From positions 207,080,001 through 207,144,000 of the forward strand of contig NC_042998.1 in assembly GCF_006345805.1 (NCBI RefSeq): a stretch of 64,000 nucleotides of DNA, read 5' to 3'. Positions 37,280 to 50,624 of this stretch are shown here, piece after piece. Under the pieces are notes generated by a model that was not told where the DNA came from, searched no databases, and saw nothing but the letters and a program-made list of their open reading frames with translations. The position numbers were made by a program, and so were the translations under genes. This DNA is from Octopus sinensis. Taxonomy: Eukaryota. Position 1 is the first letter of the stretch; every line of letters starts with the position of its first letter.

Positions 37280-38322
37280 GCTGGTTGTTTGGTGGTGGTG
37301 GTGGTGGAAGCAAATCAGTGGGGGTGTTGGAGGCAGTTTGGATGGTATTGACAGTTTGACTTCTGTTGATGATGATGATGATGATGGAGGTAGTGGTGGT
37401 GGTGGCTTTGATGGTATTGACAGTCTGGTGGTGGTGGTGATTGGGGATAATGATTAGTGATGGTGGCAGTGGTGGTGGTCGTCGTTTTTGAGGTACTGGT
37501 AGTCTGCTCTCAAGTAATGGCAGTAGTAGTGGTAGTAGTAGTAGTAGCAGCAATAGTGGTGTATTGGTTGGGATGTAGGTAGTGGTGGCGGTGGTAGTAG
37601 TAGTGGTGATATTTGTCAATACCATTTTGTCATTGTAGTAGTAATGGTTGTAGTGTTGTTTATGTTAATGATGATGCAATTTGGGATGGTGGTGGTGGTG
37701 GTGGTAGCAGCGATGATGAGGCTTATGATGGTGATGGTGGTAGAGTTGGTGGTGGTGGTGGTGGTGGAGGGGGCAGTGGTGAGGATTGCAATATCAAAAT
37801 AGCTGTTGTTGTTGTTATTGATAAACCCGTCATTTGATCTGATCAGGCAAATCTGTACCCACAGGCGTCCTGGCCATGACCATCCCCACCTCTTTCCTAT
37901 GTACTGTGAACCCAGCACCGTATCATCTAGTGTGACCTTCCCTGGGACACTAAGGTTGGGATTTGAGGGAGATTTGGCTGTTATTTCTAGCAAGTTGAAT
38001 GACCAACCACATAGAGGCTTCCCTACTGGGTCCAGTGACAACAGTGGTGGTGGTGGTGGTGGTGGTGGTTGTGGTGGTAGTAGTAGTAGTAGTCAAAGTA
38101 AAAGCTAGTAATAATGGTGGTATTGAAGGTAGGTATCAAAGTGGTTATTGTAGTTGAGGTGGTGGTAGTGGTGGTGGTAAAGGTTGTGAGAGTGTGGTGG
38201 TAGTACGAAAAAACCAAGAAGTGAGGGAAGTTATTTAAAGAGTGACAGTGTGTATATATATATATATGTATATATATGTATGTATATATATATGTATGTA
38301 TGTATGTATATATATATGTATG

Positions 38323-38359
<37 letters not shown>

Positions 38360-39318
38360 ATATATATGTATGTATATATCTATGTACGTATATATGTATG
38401 TATGTTTATATATATATATTATATATATATGGAGAGAGAAAAAGAGAGAGAGGAGAGAGAGAGAAAGATATATAGATAGATAGACAGAGATGGATAAATA
38501 GACTGATAGATAGAGAGAGTGATATATATAAATTGAGAGAGAGGGAGGGAGAGGGAGAGGGAGAGGGAGAAGTAAATAATAAATAAACTTCCTTCTGCAA
38601 CAGATTTTCTTGTAAGCCAAGTGGAGTGTAAGGAAGTCAGAACAAATACCACCACCACCACCACCACCACCACCACCACCTACAACAACCATCACCACCA
38701 CCACCACCACCACCATCAACAACACCACCACTATTACCACCACCACTATTACCACCACCACCACCATCAACACCACCACCATCAACACCACCATCAACAC
38801 CACCACCACCACCATCAACACCACCACCATAACACCACCACCAACACCACCACCATCAACACCACCACCACCATAACACCACCACCACCACCATCAACAC
38901 CACCACCATCAACACCACCATCAACACCACCACCACCACCATCAACACCACCACCATAACACCACCACCAACACCACCACCATCAACACCACCATCAACA
39001 CCACCACCAACACCATCAACACCACCACCATAACACCACCACCAACACCACCACCATCAACACCACCATCAACACCACCACCACCACCATCAACACCACC
39101 ACCATAACACCACCACCAACACCACCACCATCAACACCACCATCAACACCACCACCAACACCACCACCATCAACACCACCACCACCATAACACCACCACC
39201 ACCACCACCACCATCAACACCACCACCACCATCAACACCACCACCATAACACCACCACCACCACCATCAACACCACCATAACACCACCTCCACCAACAAC
39301 AACAACACCACCACTATT

Positions 39319-39349
<31 letters not shown>

Positions 39350-39410
39350 CCACCACCATCAACACCACCACCACTATCACCACCAGCACCACCACATCTG
39401 CTACCTCCCC
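37280..39410. repeat. (GGT/GAT)n tracts (37280-38200) and (CAC/CAT/CAA)n tract (38645-39410)
   Basis: Direct inspection. Confidence 0.9.
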
Positions 39411-40369
39411 CCTCTCCCACATAACAGTACCATCATCACTTCATCAACCACCACCTCATCATAAACACCCATCCTCATCCTCCTCCTCATCATCTCAGTC
39501 ATCACAAACAAAATCCTCATCACAACCATTTATTTTCTATTTCTTCTTTTCCTTTTACTTCTGTCTTTTATTGATTCTTTTTCAATTATTATTATTAACA
39601 TCATCATCACTGTCATCATTATTTTATTCAGGCAGCTAAATTCTAATATCAGCATTAAAATTAATCTAATGTTATGAACAAAACACAATTTTTTTTTCTA
39701 AATATATAATTTGAAGGAAACGATGGCTAAAAAAAAACCAAAAAAAAACCAAAAAAAAAACCCATCCCCCCCCCTAAACAAAAAAAAAACCAATGCAAAA
39801 CAAGGCAACGTGCAAGAGGGACCTATTGTTGGTTCAAACAAAAGAAAGGTAGTTTTACTGGTTTCCTTGTTTGACCGAGTCTCAAGTGCTGCTAATATAT
39901 CACAGTTTCTACTTTCATATTGCATTTTCTGTTTGACCAGAACCTGTGATGATAACAACAAGGCGCAGGAGTGGCTGTGTGGTAAGTAGCTTGCCTACCA
40001 ACCACATGGTTCCGGGTTCAGTCCCACTGCGTGGCACCTTGGGAAAGTGTCTTCTACTATAGCCCCGGGCCGACCAATGCCTTGTGAGTGGATTTGGTAG
40101 ACGGAAACTGAAAGGAGCCTGTCGTATATATGTATATATATATAAGTGCATGTGTGTGTGTTTGTGTGTCTGTGTTTGTCCCCCTAGCATTGCTTGACCA
40201 GGGTCTGTGAAGCCAGAAGGCTGCGCCAGGCTCCAGTCTGGTCTGGCAGTGTTTCTACAGCTGGATGCCCTTCCTAATGCCAACCACTCCGTGAGTGTAG
40301 TGGGTGCTTTTTACATGCCAGGGGAGGCTGGCAATGGCCACGATCGGTTGGTGCTTTTTACATGCCTGA

Positions 40370-40685
40370 TATCACACATTCAGCTTCATTTCTCTCTAGC
40401 CTTTGCATGTCCTCTGCATTCTCACTGTCATGCAGCATCACAGTCCATACCCATGCATCATACAATCTTCCCTTCGCTTGGAGTGAGTGAGGCCTTCAGT
40501 TGCCAACAGAGGTAAAAGCTCTTATTCGTATCCTAGCAATTACACTTTCTGTACAACATCCTTCACAGCTAATTAGGTCACCTGGGTAGCAACAATGATC
40601 TACAACTTCCAGAAAACCACTGCAACATCTGAGGAAATCAGTTTCCTCTGTATTGGTGGTTCTTATGGTTCCTGTACATCTTACA
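40370..40685 (-). mobile_element. RTE LINE RT relic
   Basis: RCTG...LEVVDHCCYPGDLISCEGCCTESVIARIRI followed by a frameshifted ELLPLLA...GRLYDA...MLH...AEDMQRLERNEA. Confidence 0.75.
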
Positions 40686-43302
40686 CACACACACACACAA
40701 TTCTTGTTTGGAACAGTGGATCCTGAAGCACCTAAAGCTACAATTAATAGCATAAATATTAGGTTGAAAACCCTTTTGGGCAGAGAAATCCAAAAGATTG
40801 CTTTGGTCCAGTGGTAAAACACTTGTCATGTTTATAGTTGATGTGGGTTCCAGTCCCAGGGCAACCTTTGAGTTTTTTTCTATCCAAAGGGTTTTTTAAT
40901 CCAGCAGCCCTGGCAATGGTCACGCTCGGATGGTGCTTTTAACGTTCCACTGTCATGAGTGCCAATCAGGCGGTACTGTCATTGGCCATGTCAAAATCAA
41001 AATCGCTGACATGGCTGATGATAGTGGAACATTAAAAGTACCATACAAGTGTGATCCTTACCAGGGCCACTGACTGGCTTCCATGCTGGTGGCACATAAA
41101 ATGCACCATTCAAGCATGATCACTGCCAGCATCGCCTTGCTGGTACATGTGCTGGTAGCATGTCAAAAACAACATTTGAGCATGGTCATTGCCAGTGCTG
41201 CTGGACTGGCCCTCGTCCTAGTGGCATGTAAAGGTACCCATTACGCTCTCAAAGTGGTTGGCGTCAGGAAGGGCTTCCGGCTGTAGAAACTTTGCTAGAT
41301 CAGATTGGAGCCTGGTATGGCCTCCTGGCTTGCCAGTCCTCAGTCAAACTGTCCACTCCATGCCATCATGGAAAGCCGACTTTAAATGACAATGATGATG
41401 ATGATGATACATGCTATTATTTATAGCTTTATATGCTTCAAGCCCCACTGTTTCCAAAAGAATTATTTCATTTTCAAAAGTTTATAAATTCTTATGATAT
41501 CAAAAATATATATAGATATGATTGATTTTATGTATGTATATATATATATTTGTGTGTGTGGGTAAGTGTGTGTGTAGGCATGTGTGTATATATATTTGTG
41601 TGTGTAGATGTGTGTATATATGCTTGTGTCACCTTTTCTTGGCATTGTGTGATTGTTGTAAACAAGTTTCGTTTTCTTAGAAGAAGCGGTGTCATTCTTT
41701 CCCAATCTTCAATGAAAACATGTCTGGCCACGGAACATATTTCGTTGGATGGAAACAGGTCAGGGTTGATGACAGGAAGGGCACCCAACCAGAGACAAAT
41801 CTGCTTCAATAAACTCCATCTGACTCATGCAAGCACGGAAAAGTGGACATGAAACGATGACAATGATGACGGCGACAAATGTTTGTTAAATAAATTATTC
41901 ACATTACGGTTTAAAATCAGAGAATATTTCACTCCATAAACCATGATAGGCCATGTTTGAAGTATCAGTTTAATAAAGATTTCATTAAAGAAATTCTGTA
42001 GACTCGATGAACTGTGAGGCGTAATTAAATGAGATTGAGAAGGAAAATAAAAAACTACTAATGCACATCACAAGAGCTTTTTCTTAATTAATGAACAATT
42101 CTTGTAAAATTAGGTCATTTAATTAATTGCTATTTTGTGAAAGTCAATCAATACATATACATAGTTAAAGTGCGGAATGTTAGTAATAATGGTTTCAAAT
42201 TTTGGTACAAGGCCGGCAATTTTGGAGGAGGGGGGGGGGCGTTAGTTGATAACATTGACCCCCAGTGTACAACTGGTACTTATTTTATTGACTCCAAAGA
42301 GACAAAAAAAAAAAAAAGTTGACCTCAGCAGAATTTGAACTCAGAACATAAGGACAAACGAAATGCTGTTTAGCATTTTGCCTGGCACCGAAATGGTTCT
42401 GCCAACTTGCCAGTTTTACTCTTTTACTTGTTTCAGTCATTTGACAGTGGCCATGCTGGAGCACCACCTTTAGTCAAGCAAATCGACCCCAAGACTTATT
42501 CTTTGCATGCCTAGTACTTATTCTATCAGTCTCTTTTGCCGAACCACTAAGTTACGGGGACGTAAACACACCAGCATCGGTTGTCAAGCGATGTTGGAGG
42601 GACAAACACAGACACACAAACATACATACATACATACATATATATATATATATGTATAAAAAATTCAGTGTGAATACTTGATAATTGTAAGCATCTGTAT
42701 ATGGCATTTAGTGGTGTAGGTGACAGAGTATATTTATCAAAATAAAAACATGATGCAAAGGATTTAGCGGTACATATGTTTCTGGCCTTTATTAGACGGT
42801 TTATAACAATGCATAATTGATGTAAATGTGTGTCTATAGCCTTCTTCAGCCACGTACAATTACTACTTCAAGGACATGTATTACATTATAAGTTTTACGT
42901 TGGGGATGCAAATCCTCATAGTCGCGTACGACAGAGCGAGGCACCAAAACAAAATCGAAGCGTCCATCCCGTTTTTCACCACTACCTTCATCATCATCAT
43001 CATCATGACTGAAATAAGCAAAAAAAAAAAATACAAGTGGTATGTAACCCCACTCCCCACAAGTCTATGTGAAACATCATCCAGCTATTATGGGATGTCC
43101 TGGTTCATCTGATTCATCTTTCCTTCTTCCAGTCCCAGCCAAACAGACACAACACACCTTTGCTTCTCCCAAACTCCATGCTAAACATTCCATCCAATCC
43201 TTCTTTCCCTGCCCACACTTTTTCCCTACAGGCATCAAACTAAACACCAGCTCAATCAACTTAAGTCCTGCAAAACTACAGCCTCTCCCTACTTCCTCAG
43301 GT

Positions 43303-43333
<31 letters not shown>

Positions 43334-44437
43334 GTTTAATGTCTGCTTTCCATGCTGGCATGGGTTGGACGATTTGACTGAGGGCTCGCGAACCAGATGG
43401 CTGCACCAGGCTCCAATCTTGATCTGGCAGAGTTTCTACAGCTGGATGCCCTTCCTAATGCCAACCACTCCCGAGAGTGTAGAAAATAATATTTTTAAAA
43501 AGTGGCAAAAGCGAAAGGCTTTAATGCTCCCCTCCCCCACACTCTAACTAAATGCACAACAAAAGCCATTGCAAGTACCGCGGGGCACAATATTCTCCCT
43601 ACTTAACTGAGAAGTATACAGTTCATCCAAAATTGTTCGATGGTTTGGCAGGAGCTGGTATGCTGGGGGGCCACAGCAAAGTTCATTGTCTGTTTTGGAT
43701 TGGTTTCTGCAGTTGGATGCCCTTTCTAATGTCAACCATTTGGCAGGGTGGACTGGGTGTGTTTTACGTAGCACCAACACCAGGGCTTTTCTGCATGGCA
43801 CCAGCACCAACTGAACAATTGTGTAGAGCCCAACCAGCCAGCTGCCCTAGTCAAGAGAACTTTTTGTTTAAAACAATTGAGAAAAAGAATAATTATGGGC
43901 AACAGACTTGAAACCAGTCACATCTCTACTCCGACCATAATTACCATTTATACCAGTAATTAAGGTGCACTTAGTAATGTTTATATATGTCTAAGTGGCA
44001 ATCTTAAAAAGTTGGGGGTTTTTGAGCAAATACAGAGACCAACAATCCTGTACTTATGCAAACTACAATCAGTAAGAGGAACAATATAGATATGCAAGAT
44101 TTTTCCAAAGTTTAATATAGTTCTACATTCATCATCTTTGTTATCTAAATTCCAGCGATGGGACTTTGTTCTTTGCTTGAAATGGTTTCTTTCTTTGGAG
44201 GAAGCATTTGAATAATTAGAAAGGACACATGCCGAGAAAGAAAAAAGAAAAACACACACACACACACTCTCCATCAGTCATGACGATGAGGGCTCCAGTG
44301 GATCTGATCAATGGAATAGCATGCTCATGAAATTAATGTGTAAGTGGCTGAATACTCCACAGACATCAAGTCTACATAGAGATTCAGCATGAAATAGAAT
44401 GTGACAAGACTGGCTCTTTAAAATACAGATACAACTT

Positions 44438-44684
44438 CATTTACATTATTTACCTTATTTACATTTGACGGATATTTGTCCTCATCTTGTTTGTTGTTAA
44501 CACAACATTTCGACTGATATACCCTAAGCCTTCATCAGGTGTCTTGGGGAAATTTTGAACCTGGGTTCTCATTCCTAAGCTATTTTTTGATGTTGTTGTT
44601 ATTATTATTATTATTACTCAGGTCACAGCTTGAATCAAACTCAGAATCTTGGGGTTAGTAGCCCGTGCTCTTAACCACTACACC
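44438..44684 (-). mobile_element. tRNA-HHR SINE copy, head-to-head with the 44697 copy
   Basis: Reverse complement of the same head, linker and tail; HHR at 44499-44543. Confidence 0.8.
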
Positions 44685-44696
44685 TTAAGCCCATAT

Positions 44697-45005
44697 GGTG
44701 TAGTGGTCAAGAGTGCGGGCTACTAACCCCAAGATTCCGAGTTTGATTCCAGCCAGTTACCTGAATAATAATAATAATGATGATGATGATGATGGTAGTG
44801 GTGGTGGTGATTGTGATGATGATGATGATAATGATGTCAAAAAATACCTTAGGAATGAGAACCCAGGTTCAAAATTTCCCCAAGACACCTGATGAAGGCT
44901 GGAGGGTATATCAGCCGAAACGTTGTGTTAACAACAAACAAGATGAGGACAAAATATCCGTCAAATGTAAATAATGTAAATAATTCCTCATCTCTTAAAT
45001 ATAGA
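44697..45005 (+). mobile_element. tRNA-headed SINE-like element with a hammerhead-containing tail (most intact copy)
   Basis: Box A tggtgtagtgg, box B gagtttgattcc, an (AAT/GAT)n linker, then a tail with an intact HHR at 44884-44929. No TTTT on the sense strand and no poly(A) tail. Confidence 0.8.
44884..44929 (+). ncRNA. Minimal type I hammerhead ribozyme motif (family A), intact
   Basis: GACAC CTGATGA A GGCTG-10nt-CAGCC GAA ACGT T GTGTT; palindromic stem III; GUU cleavage site at 44924. Confidence 0.85.
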
Positions 45006-45239
45006 GCAAGTACAACTCATTTATGCCATTGTGGACTGGTGCAACATCAAATAAAGTGTCTTGTACAAGACTGCCAGGAATTGAAATCACGACCTTGTGA
45101 TTGTGAGTCAAACGTCTCTAACCACTAAGCCACGTGCCTTCACTCACACACACGCAAACTTAAAAGCATGTGTACTGACATACTTTAATATATAGACATA
45201 TACAAATATACATAATTAAACACACGTTTTTAAATATAC

Positions 45240-45490
45240 ACACACAACTATACATATAGTCATACATATATATATATATATGTGCATACATAACTACATA
45301 AATATACACACACACCTATACATATACAGTCATACATACATATATATATGTGCATACATAACTACATTATCTATACACACACACCTATACATATAGTCAT
45401 ACATACATATATATATGTGCATACATAACTACATAAATATACACACACACCTATACATATACAGTCATACATACAGACATACATATATGT
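45240..45490. repeat. ~60-bp tandem repeat x4 built from TA/CA microsatellite
   Basis: atatacacacacacctatacatat(ac)agtcatacatacatatatatatgtgcatacataactaca repeated. Confidence 0.8.
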
Positions 45491-48400
45491 GCATACATAC
45501 CTTACATGCATATGTAAATACACACTTAAATATATACATAGATACACCTACAGCTAATAAGGAAATTCTAATTACAAGCCGTTAATGCAACTTGAAAAAG
45601 TGTTCTACATTCTACATTGCTGACGTTTAGCCTGTAACATGTATATTTACACATGTGTAGACAGAAAGATGTGTGTTTTTACACATAAGTCAAAACATAT
45701 ATTCACATGCTTACAGATGTACAGAGATTTATGTGTGTCTTGTTGAGGTTCAATTTTTAAAGTTAGTGTTCAATCCTGCCTATGTTTAGATTGAATACTG
45801 CAGTACATAGGGTCAATGTGCTTGAAAGTTGTGGGGTTTCGTTTTTGGATGTTTGCTCCCAAACAACACCTCTTTTAGTGCTGTTGATACCACCAGATTG
45901 AATGGTACTGCTCAGGTGTGTCAAAACCATAATGATATCTGTGGGGCAGCTGATGATGGAGGTATGTTGGATTGTTGGTATGGCTGTTTTTGTATATGTC
46001 GAATAGTATTATAACACATCCTTTTGATACATACATGCTTACACGTTATACTTTCATGTGTGCAGAATGCATACATACACATACACTCACACACACACAC
46101 ACACATACATCACTAAGATCATAAATCTATATTCATACTAATAATGACTGGCATTTTTGGTTTTGTGACTAAATGCCTAAATGAGAATCTGGTTGAGCTA
46201 AGATCTACAGAAAAAGAAAGCAATCAACTAACTCGTGCATTACAAATACAGTCTGTAAGTGGAACTGTAAAGATATGCAAGACATTTTTAGATGAGTTGA
46301 GGGCTAGACAACCTCTTTAGTGTTGGTGCCCCTTAAACATACAGCCAGTCCACTCTGTAAAGTTGATGGTGTTAGGAAAAGCATTCAGCTGTAGAATGTA
46401 TGTGAGTGAAAGAAAGGGGTGGAGAGAGGGAGGGGTGGAGAGAGGGAGGGGTGGGAGAGAGAGAGAGGGGGAGGGAGAGAGAGTGATAAATAGACAAAGA
46501 CAGGGAGTGAAAAATGATGAAGTGGGCAAGAAGGATTTTCACTAGAAAAGCCTGGCTGTACCAGAAGTAGATCGTTAGATGTCAGGAAAGCAAATTCGAT
46601 TGCTTAGAATGATACAAAATGGTAAGATAAAAAACCAAAACAACAAAAAAAATGCTAAGTAAATTGTGGTTTGTGATTAAGTAGAGCAGATGCAGGCCCA
46701 GGGTGGGAGATAAAAGTGAGAAAATCTTAGTGAAGAAGAGAGCAATGACTGAAGTAGCTGAACATAAAAACAGAATGCAATTAATTTAATTAATTAATGT
46801 ATCTATAATTAAATTAATTAGTATATCTGTAATTAAATTAATTAAGCTATCATTTCATAAATAAGCAAAGGAGTTCAGACTCGTCTTATTAAATAAGTTA
46901 TTTACTTTCGGTATTTGTGGACCAAAATTATTGATGTTGAAGTCTGATGATATGAGAGTCCATGTCTATGGTGCAAAGGCACCAAACTAAATTGGTTTTC
47001 ATTCTTACCTAGCAGCAGTTGTACAGGTGATAACAGGTGATGCAAAAGAGACAATCTAATTGAAATTGTACAGACATAACTAGAAAGCCAATAATCAGGT
47101 TCAAACCAAATCAATATGCTATTACGGTTGTTGGTGTTTAGCCCCTGGACAGACCTAATTGGCCATTACCACCATCCTATAATTTCATATATCAGTGACT
47201 ACATTATCAAATGTGTCTGGCCATCTTTAAAGACAGTAGGGTGTGATTCGAGGGGCTGCTATTTCTAGCTGGTTGTGTGACCATGTAGAGGTTACTTTTC
47301 CTTGGCTCCAAGTCAACTTATTGAATTTGTCTGTTTATTCACCAAACTTCCTGGTTTTGTTTTTCAGGAAACTAAAGAATATACACGAACACAATACAGG
47401 GTAAATATTGGAATAACTTTAGCCATTCCAGCCATTGTCCTGTGTGCCAAACTAACGGGCATGGAACACAATTTGTTATCTTTCTCTTTTACTTGTTTCA
47501 GGCATTAGACTGTGGCCATGCTGGGGCAAAAGCTTGAGGAATGAACTGACCCTAGTTCTTCCTTTTTTTTTTTGGTAAAGCCTGGTACTTAGTCTACCAG
47601 TGTCTCTTACTGAACTGTTGAATGTAAACACACCAACACTGGTTTCAAGTAGTGGGAAGGGACAGACAAAGACAAAGACACATGTTGGGGCCGTTCAAGA
47701 ATTTGGACCTGGAGATCTCCATTTCCAACGACTTGTAGGCCACCTCCCAGTGGTGTCGGGCGTCAACGAAGAGCCCTCGACTACAACAAGAGGACCAAAG
47801 TTTTTTTTTCCCAAGGTCTGGGGGTCTCCCGCCCCTAAGCCCTAGATCATCACCTAATCACCCTTACCCATCTTGTTGCTTAACAACAACAACAACACAT
47901 GATGGACTTCTTTCAGTTTCCGTCTACCAAGTCAACTCACAAGGCTTTGGTCAGCCTGGGACGATAGTAGAAGACTTTGCCCAAGGTGCCGTGTAGTGGG
48001 ACCGAACCTGAAACCATGTGGTTGGGAAGCAAGCTGCTTACCACATAGCCACTTCACAAGGACTGCCCCACCTACTGAGGAAGAAGGGGCAACCATCACA
48101 GCTCTGTCCAGACTACAACCAACCAAGGTTCAATAACTGACATAGAATTATCTCATGCCTATTCGCTTCAACATGCATTCCAATGGCTCTTCTAAGAGCC
48201 ACGTGCTAATTATGGGAGCTTCTTCTGCGTGGCACCTTAGCCAGGTAGAAATAGATGTCAAATCTCTCTCAAATCACACGCTAACATTGTAAATAAGGAA
48301 AGGACACTTTAAGATAACATCATCCAAGATAACCCTACACATATAAAGATGGGTACATCTGGCACAATCAGTGTTGAGCTGGGGTTAAAGCTGCTAGAAG

Positions 48401-48691
48401 CCCAACGAATTCTTCTCAACACACGGCTATGATGCTCCCCCACTACTTCTGTTCATGATCAGAGATGCACATATCGTCAGCCACTAAGGGACATGGTCAA
48501 CTGATTAAGGTCAAACAACTGACAAGCAAATCTGTGGTATTGAGCAGAATATTTGCTGTAGCCCATCTTTTATACCAAGACAAAACAATGTACATGATAA
48601 CACTTCCAATCAGTTAAGATCAGAAGCCATGAGAGCCACTGCCTGGTACTGCATCAATGCATTTATTATTATTATTATTATTATTATTATA

Positions 48692-49458
48692 ACTGAGGCT
48701 GAAAGGACTGAGGAAAGACACCTTCCCTTTCACTTAAGTTCTCATCGACTTTTTAAAGTTTCAAATGGAAAGGAGAGTGAGGGGATGGGGGAGAGGGAAG
48801 TGTTACATCCCAGTGAATTTGTGAAAAGATGGGTGACTGTGGCAAAAATGGCTAGAATGAATGGTTTTACTCTAAGTATGCGCTTGTAGATTGGAGAGCA
48901 GGAGAGAGGACTCGTGCTTTGGTGAGCAGGGTGATCCTGGATCTGTGGGGTTCCTTGATTGGACCTAGTTAGAGCTCCTCCTGTGTCAGGAGGACTACAT
49001 CACTTATGCTCTTACAGAATTTCTATACTATGTAGAACTTTCAGCACATTTCACTATCTTTTCCATTTCTTTTTCCTCCATCTTACAAACAATAACTCTG
49101 AGCACCTTTTCAACCTCCACCTGTCTCACACCTGTGGACATGTTTACAAAGTCAGAAAACAGCACAGCTCCTTCCATGACTTTCGGAAGCATTTTTTCAC
49201 ATTAAGAGTTGCTGAAGCATGGAACAAACTGCCGGCATCAGTTGTTAGTTGTCAGAGCACTGCATCCTTCAATACTTCCATGCTTCCTGAGATTCGCCAA
49301 CACTACACCTGATCTTTCTCCCCTCCATACACACAAGCAAGCATGTATCTGACTCATACACTGTTCACTTCCCAGACATTTGTACATTACTGCATATGCT
49401 TTATATGCACTTTTGACAAGTTGTGGTGCACCTGAGCACTGTATACAATATTTTCATT
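48692..49458 (+). mobile_element. CR1-type LINE 3' fragment
   Basis: HTCGHVYKVRKQHSSFHDFRKHFFTLRVAEAWNKLPASVV is a typical CR1 RT C-terminus. Confidence 0.8.
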
Positions 49459-50112
49459 ATATGGCTTGTGCCAGTGGCACGTAAAAAGCACCAAGCGATC
49501 GTGGCTGGTGCCAGACCCCCTGGCACCTGTGCCGGTGGCACGTAAAAGCACCCACTACACTCACGGAGTGGTTGGCATTAAAGGGCATCTAGCTGTAGAA
49601 ACATTGCCAGATCAGACTAGAGCCTGGTGCAGCCTCCTGGTTTCCCAGACCCCGGTCGAACCGTCCAACCCATGCCAGCATGGAAAACGGACATTAAAGG
49701 ATGATGATGATGATATCTTTTAAGTAAATCCTCACAGATTGTTGTTGGTCCTTGTGATGTCCCCCTCGTCCATGCCCCTGTGGCCAATAAAAGAAAATAT
49801 TATTATCATCATTATTATCATCGATGTTTCTTCTGTCCATCTTCTGGTTAATCACAGCAAGAAAGCTGTTAATTATTGCAGCTAATCAGAACGGTGAGGA
49901 TCCTTGCAATCAATAACCACATAATTTATTTACCAAGCCCAAACATGGCCATCTGGTTTGGGCTGTTTACATGCAAACGTGTCAAGAATAAAAGACCTAT
50001 GGATTTGTGTGTGTGTGTGTGTGTGTCTGTGTGTGTGTCTGTGTATGCATATGTGTGCATGCATATGTCTATATACGTATAAACATATAAGTCTACAAAT
50101 ACATACATATAT

Positions 50113-50155
<43 letters not shown>

Positions 50156-50336
50156 CATATATATATATGCTCACACACACATATATACACACACACACAC
50201 ACACATATATGCACATACATGTATATATATATATATATATACACACACATATATACATACACATGCACATATACACACACATGTATATATATATACATAT
50301 ATATATATACACACGTGTATATATATATGTGTATAT

Positions 50337-50382
<46 letters not shown>

Positions 50383-50407
50383 CATATATATGCTCACACA
50401 CATATAT

Positions 50408-50438
<31 letters not shown>

Positions 50439-50588
50439 CATACACACACACACACACACATATATATATACACACACACACACACACATATATGCACATA
50501 CATGTATATATATATACACACACACACATATATACACACACATATACATACATATATATATATACATATATATACACACGCGTATATA

Positions 50589-50624
<36 letters not shown>

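Noticed and set aside
38231-38959. Poly-His/Pro/Thr/Val ORFs (also 25457-25706, 26043-26426, 37209-37837)
   Set aside because: They are trinucleotide-repeat translations with no splice or domain support.
44690-44760. Possible tRNA gene (apparent anticodon ACT)
   Set aside because: The acceptor stem does not pair, box B is degenerate, and it is always fused to the same linker and tail, so it is a SINE head.
45879-45961. Plus-strand 83-nt AG..GT segment with an open frame (AVDTTRLNGTAQVCQNHNDICGAADDG)
   Set aside because: No recognisable homology and no partner exons; expected by chance in 64 kb.
47000-47090. Strong minus-strand donor TAG|GTAAG with upstream AGs
   Set aside because: Candidate exons give no RCAN-like or otherwise recognisable peptide.
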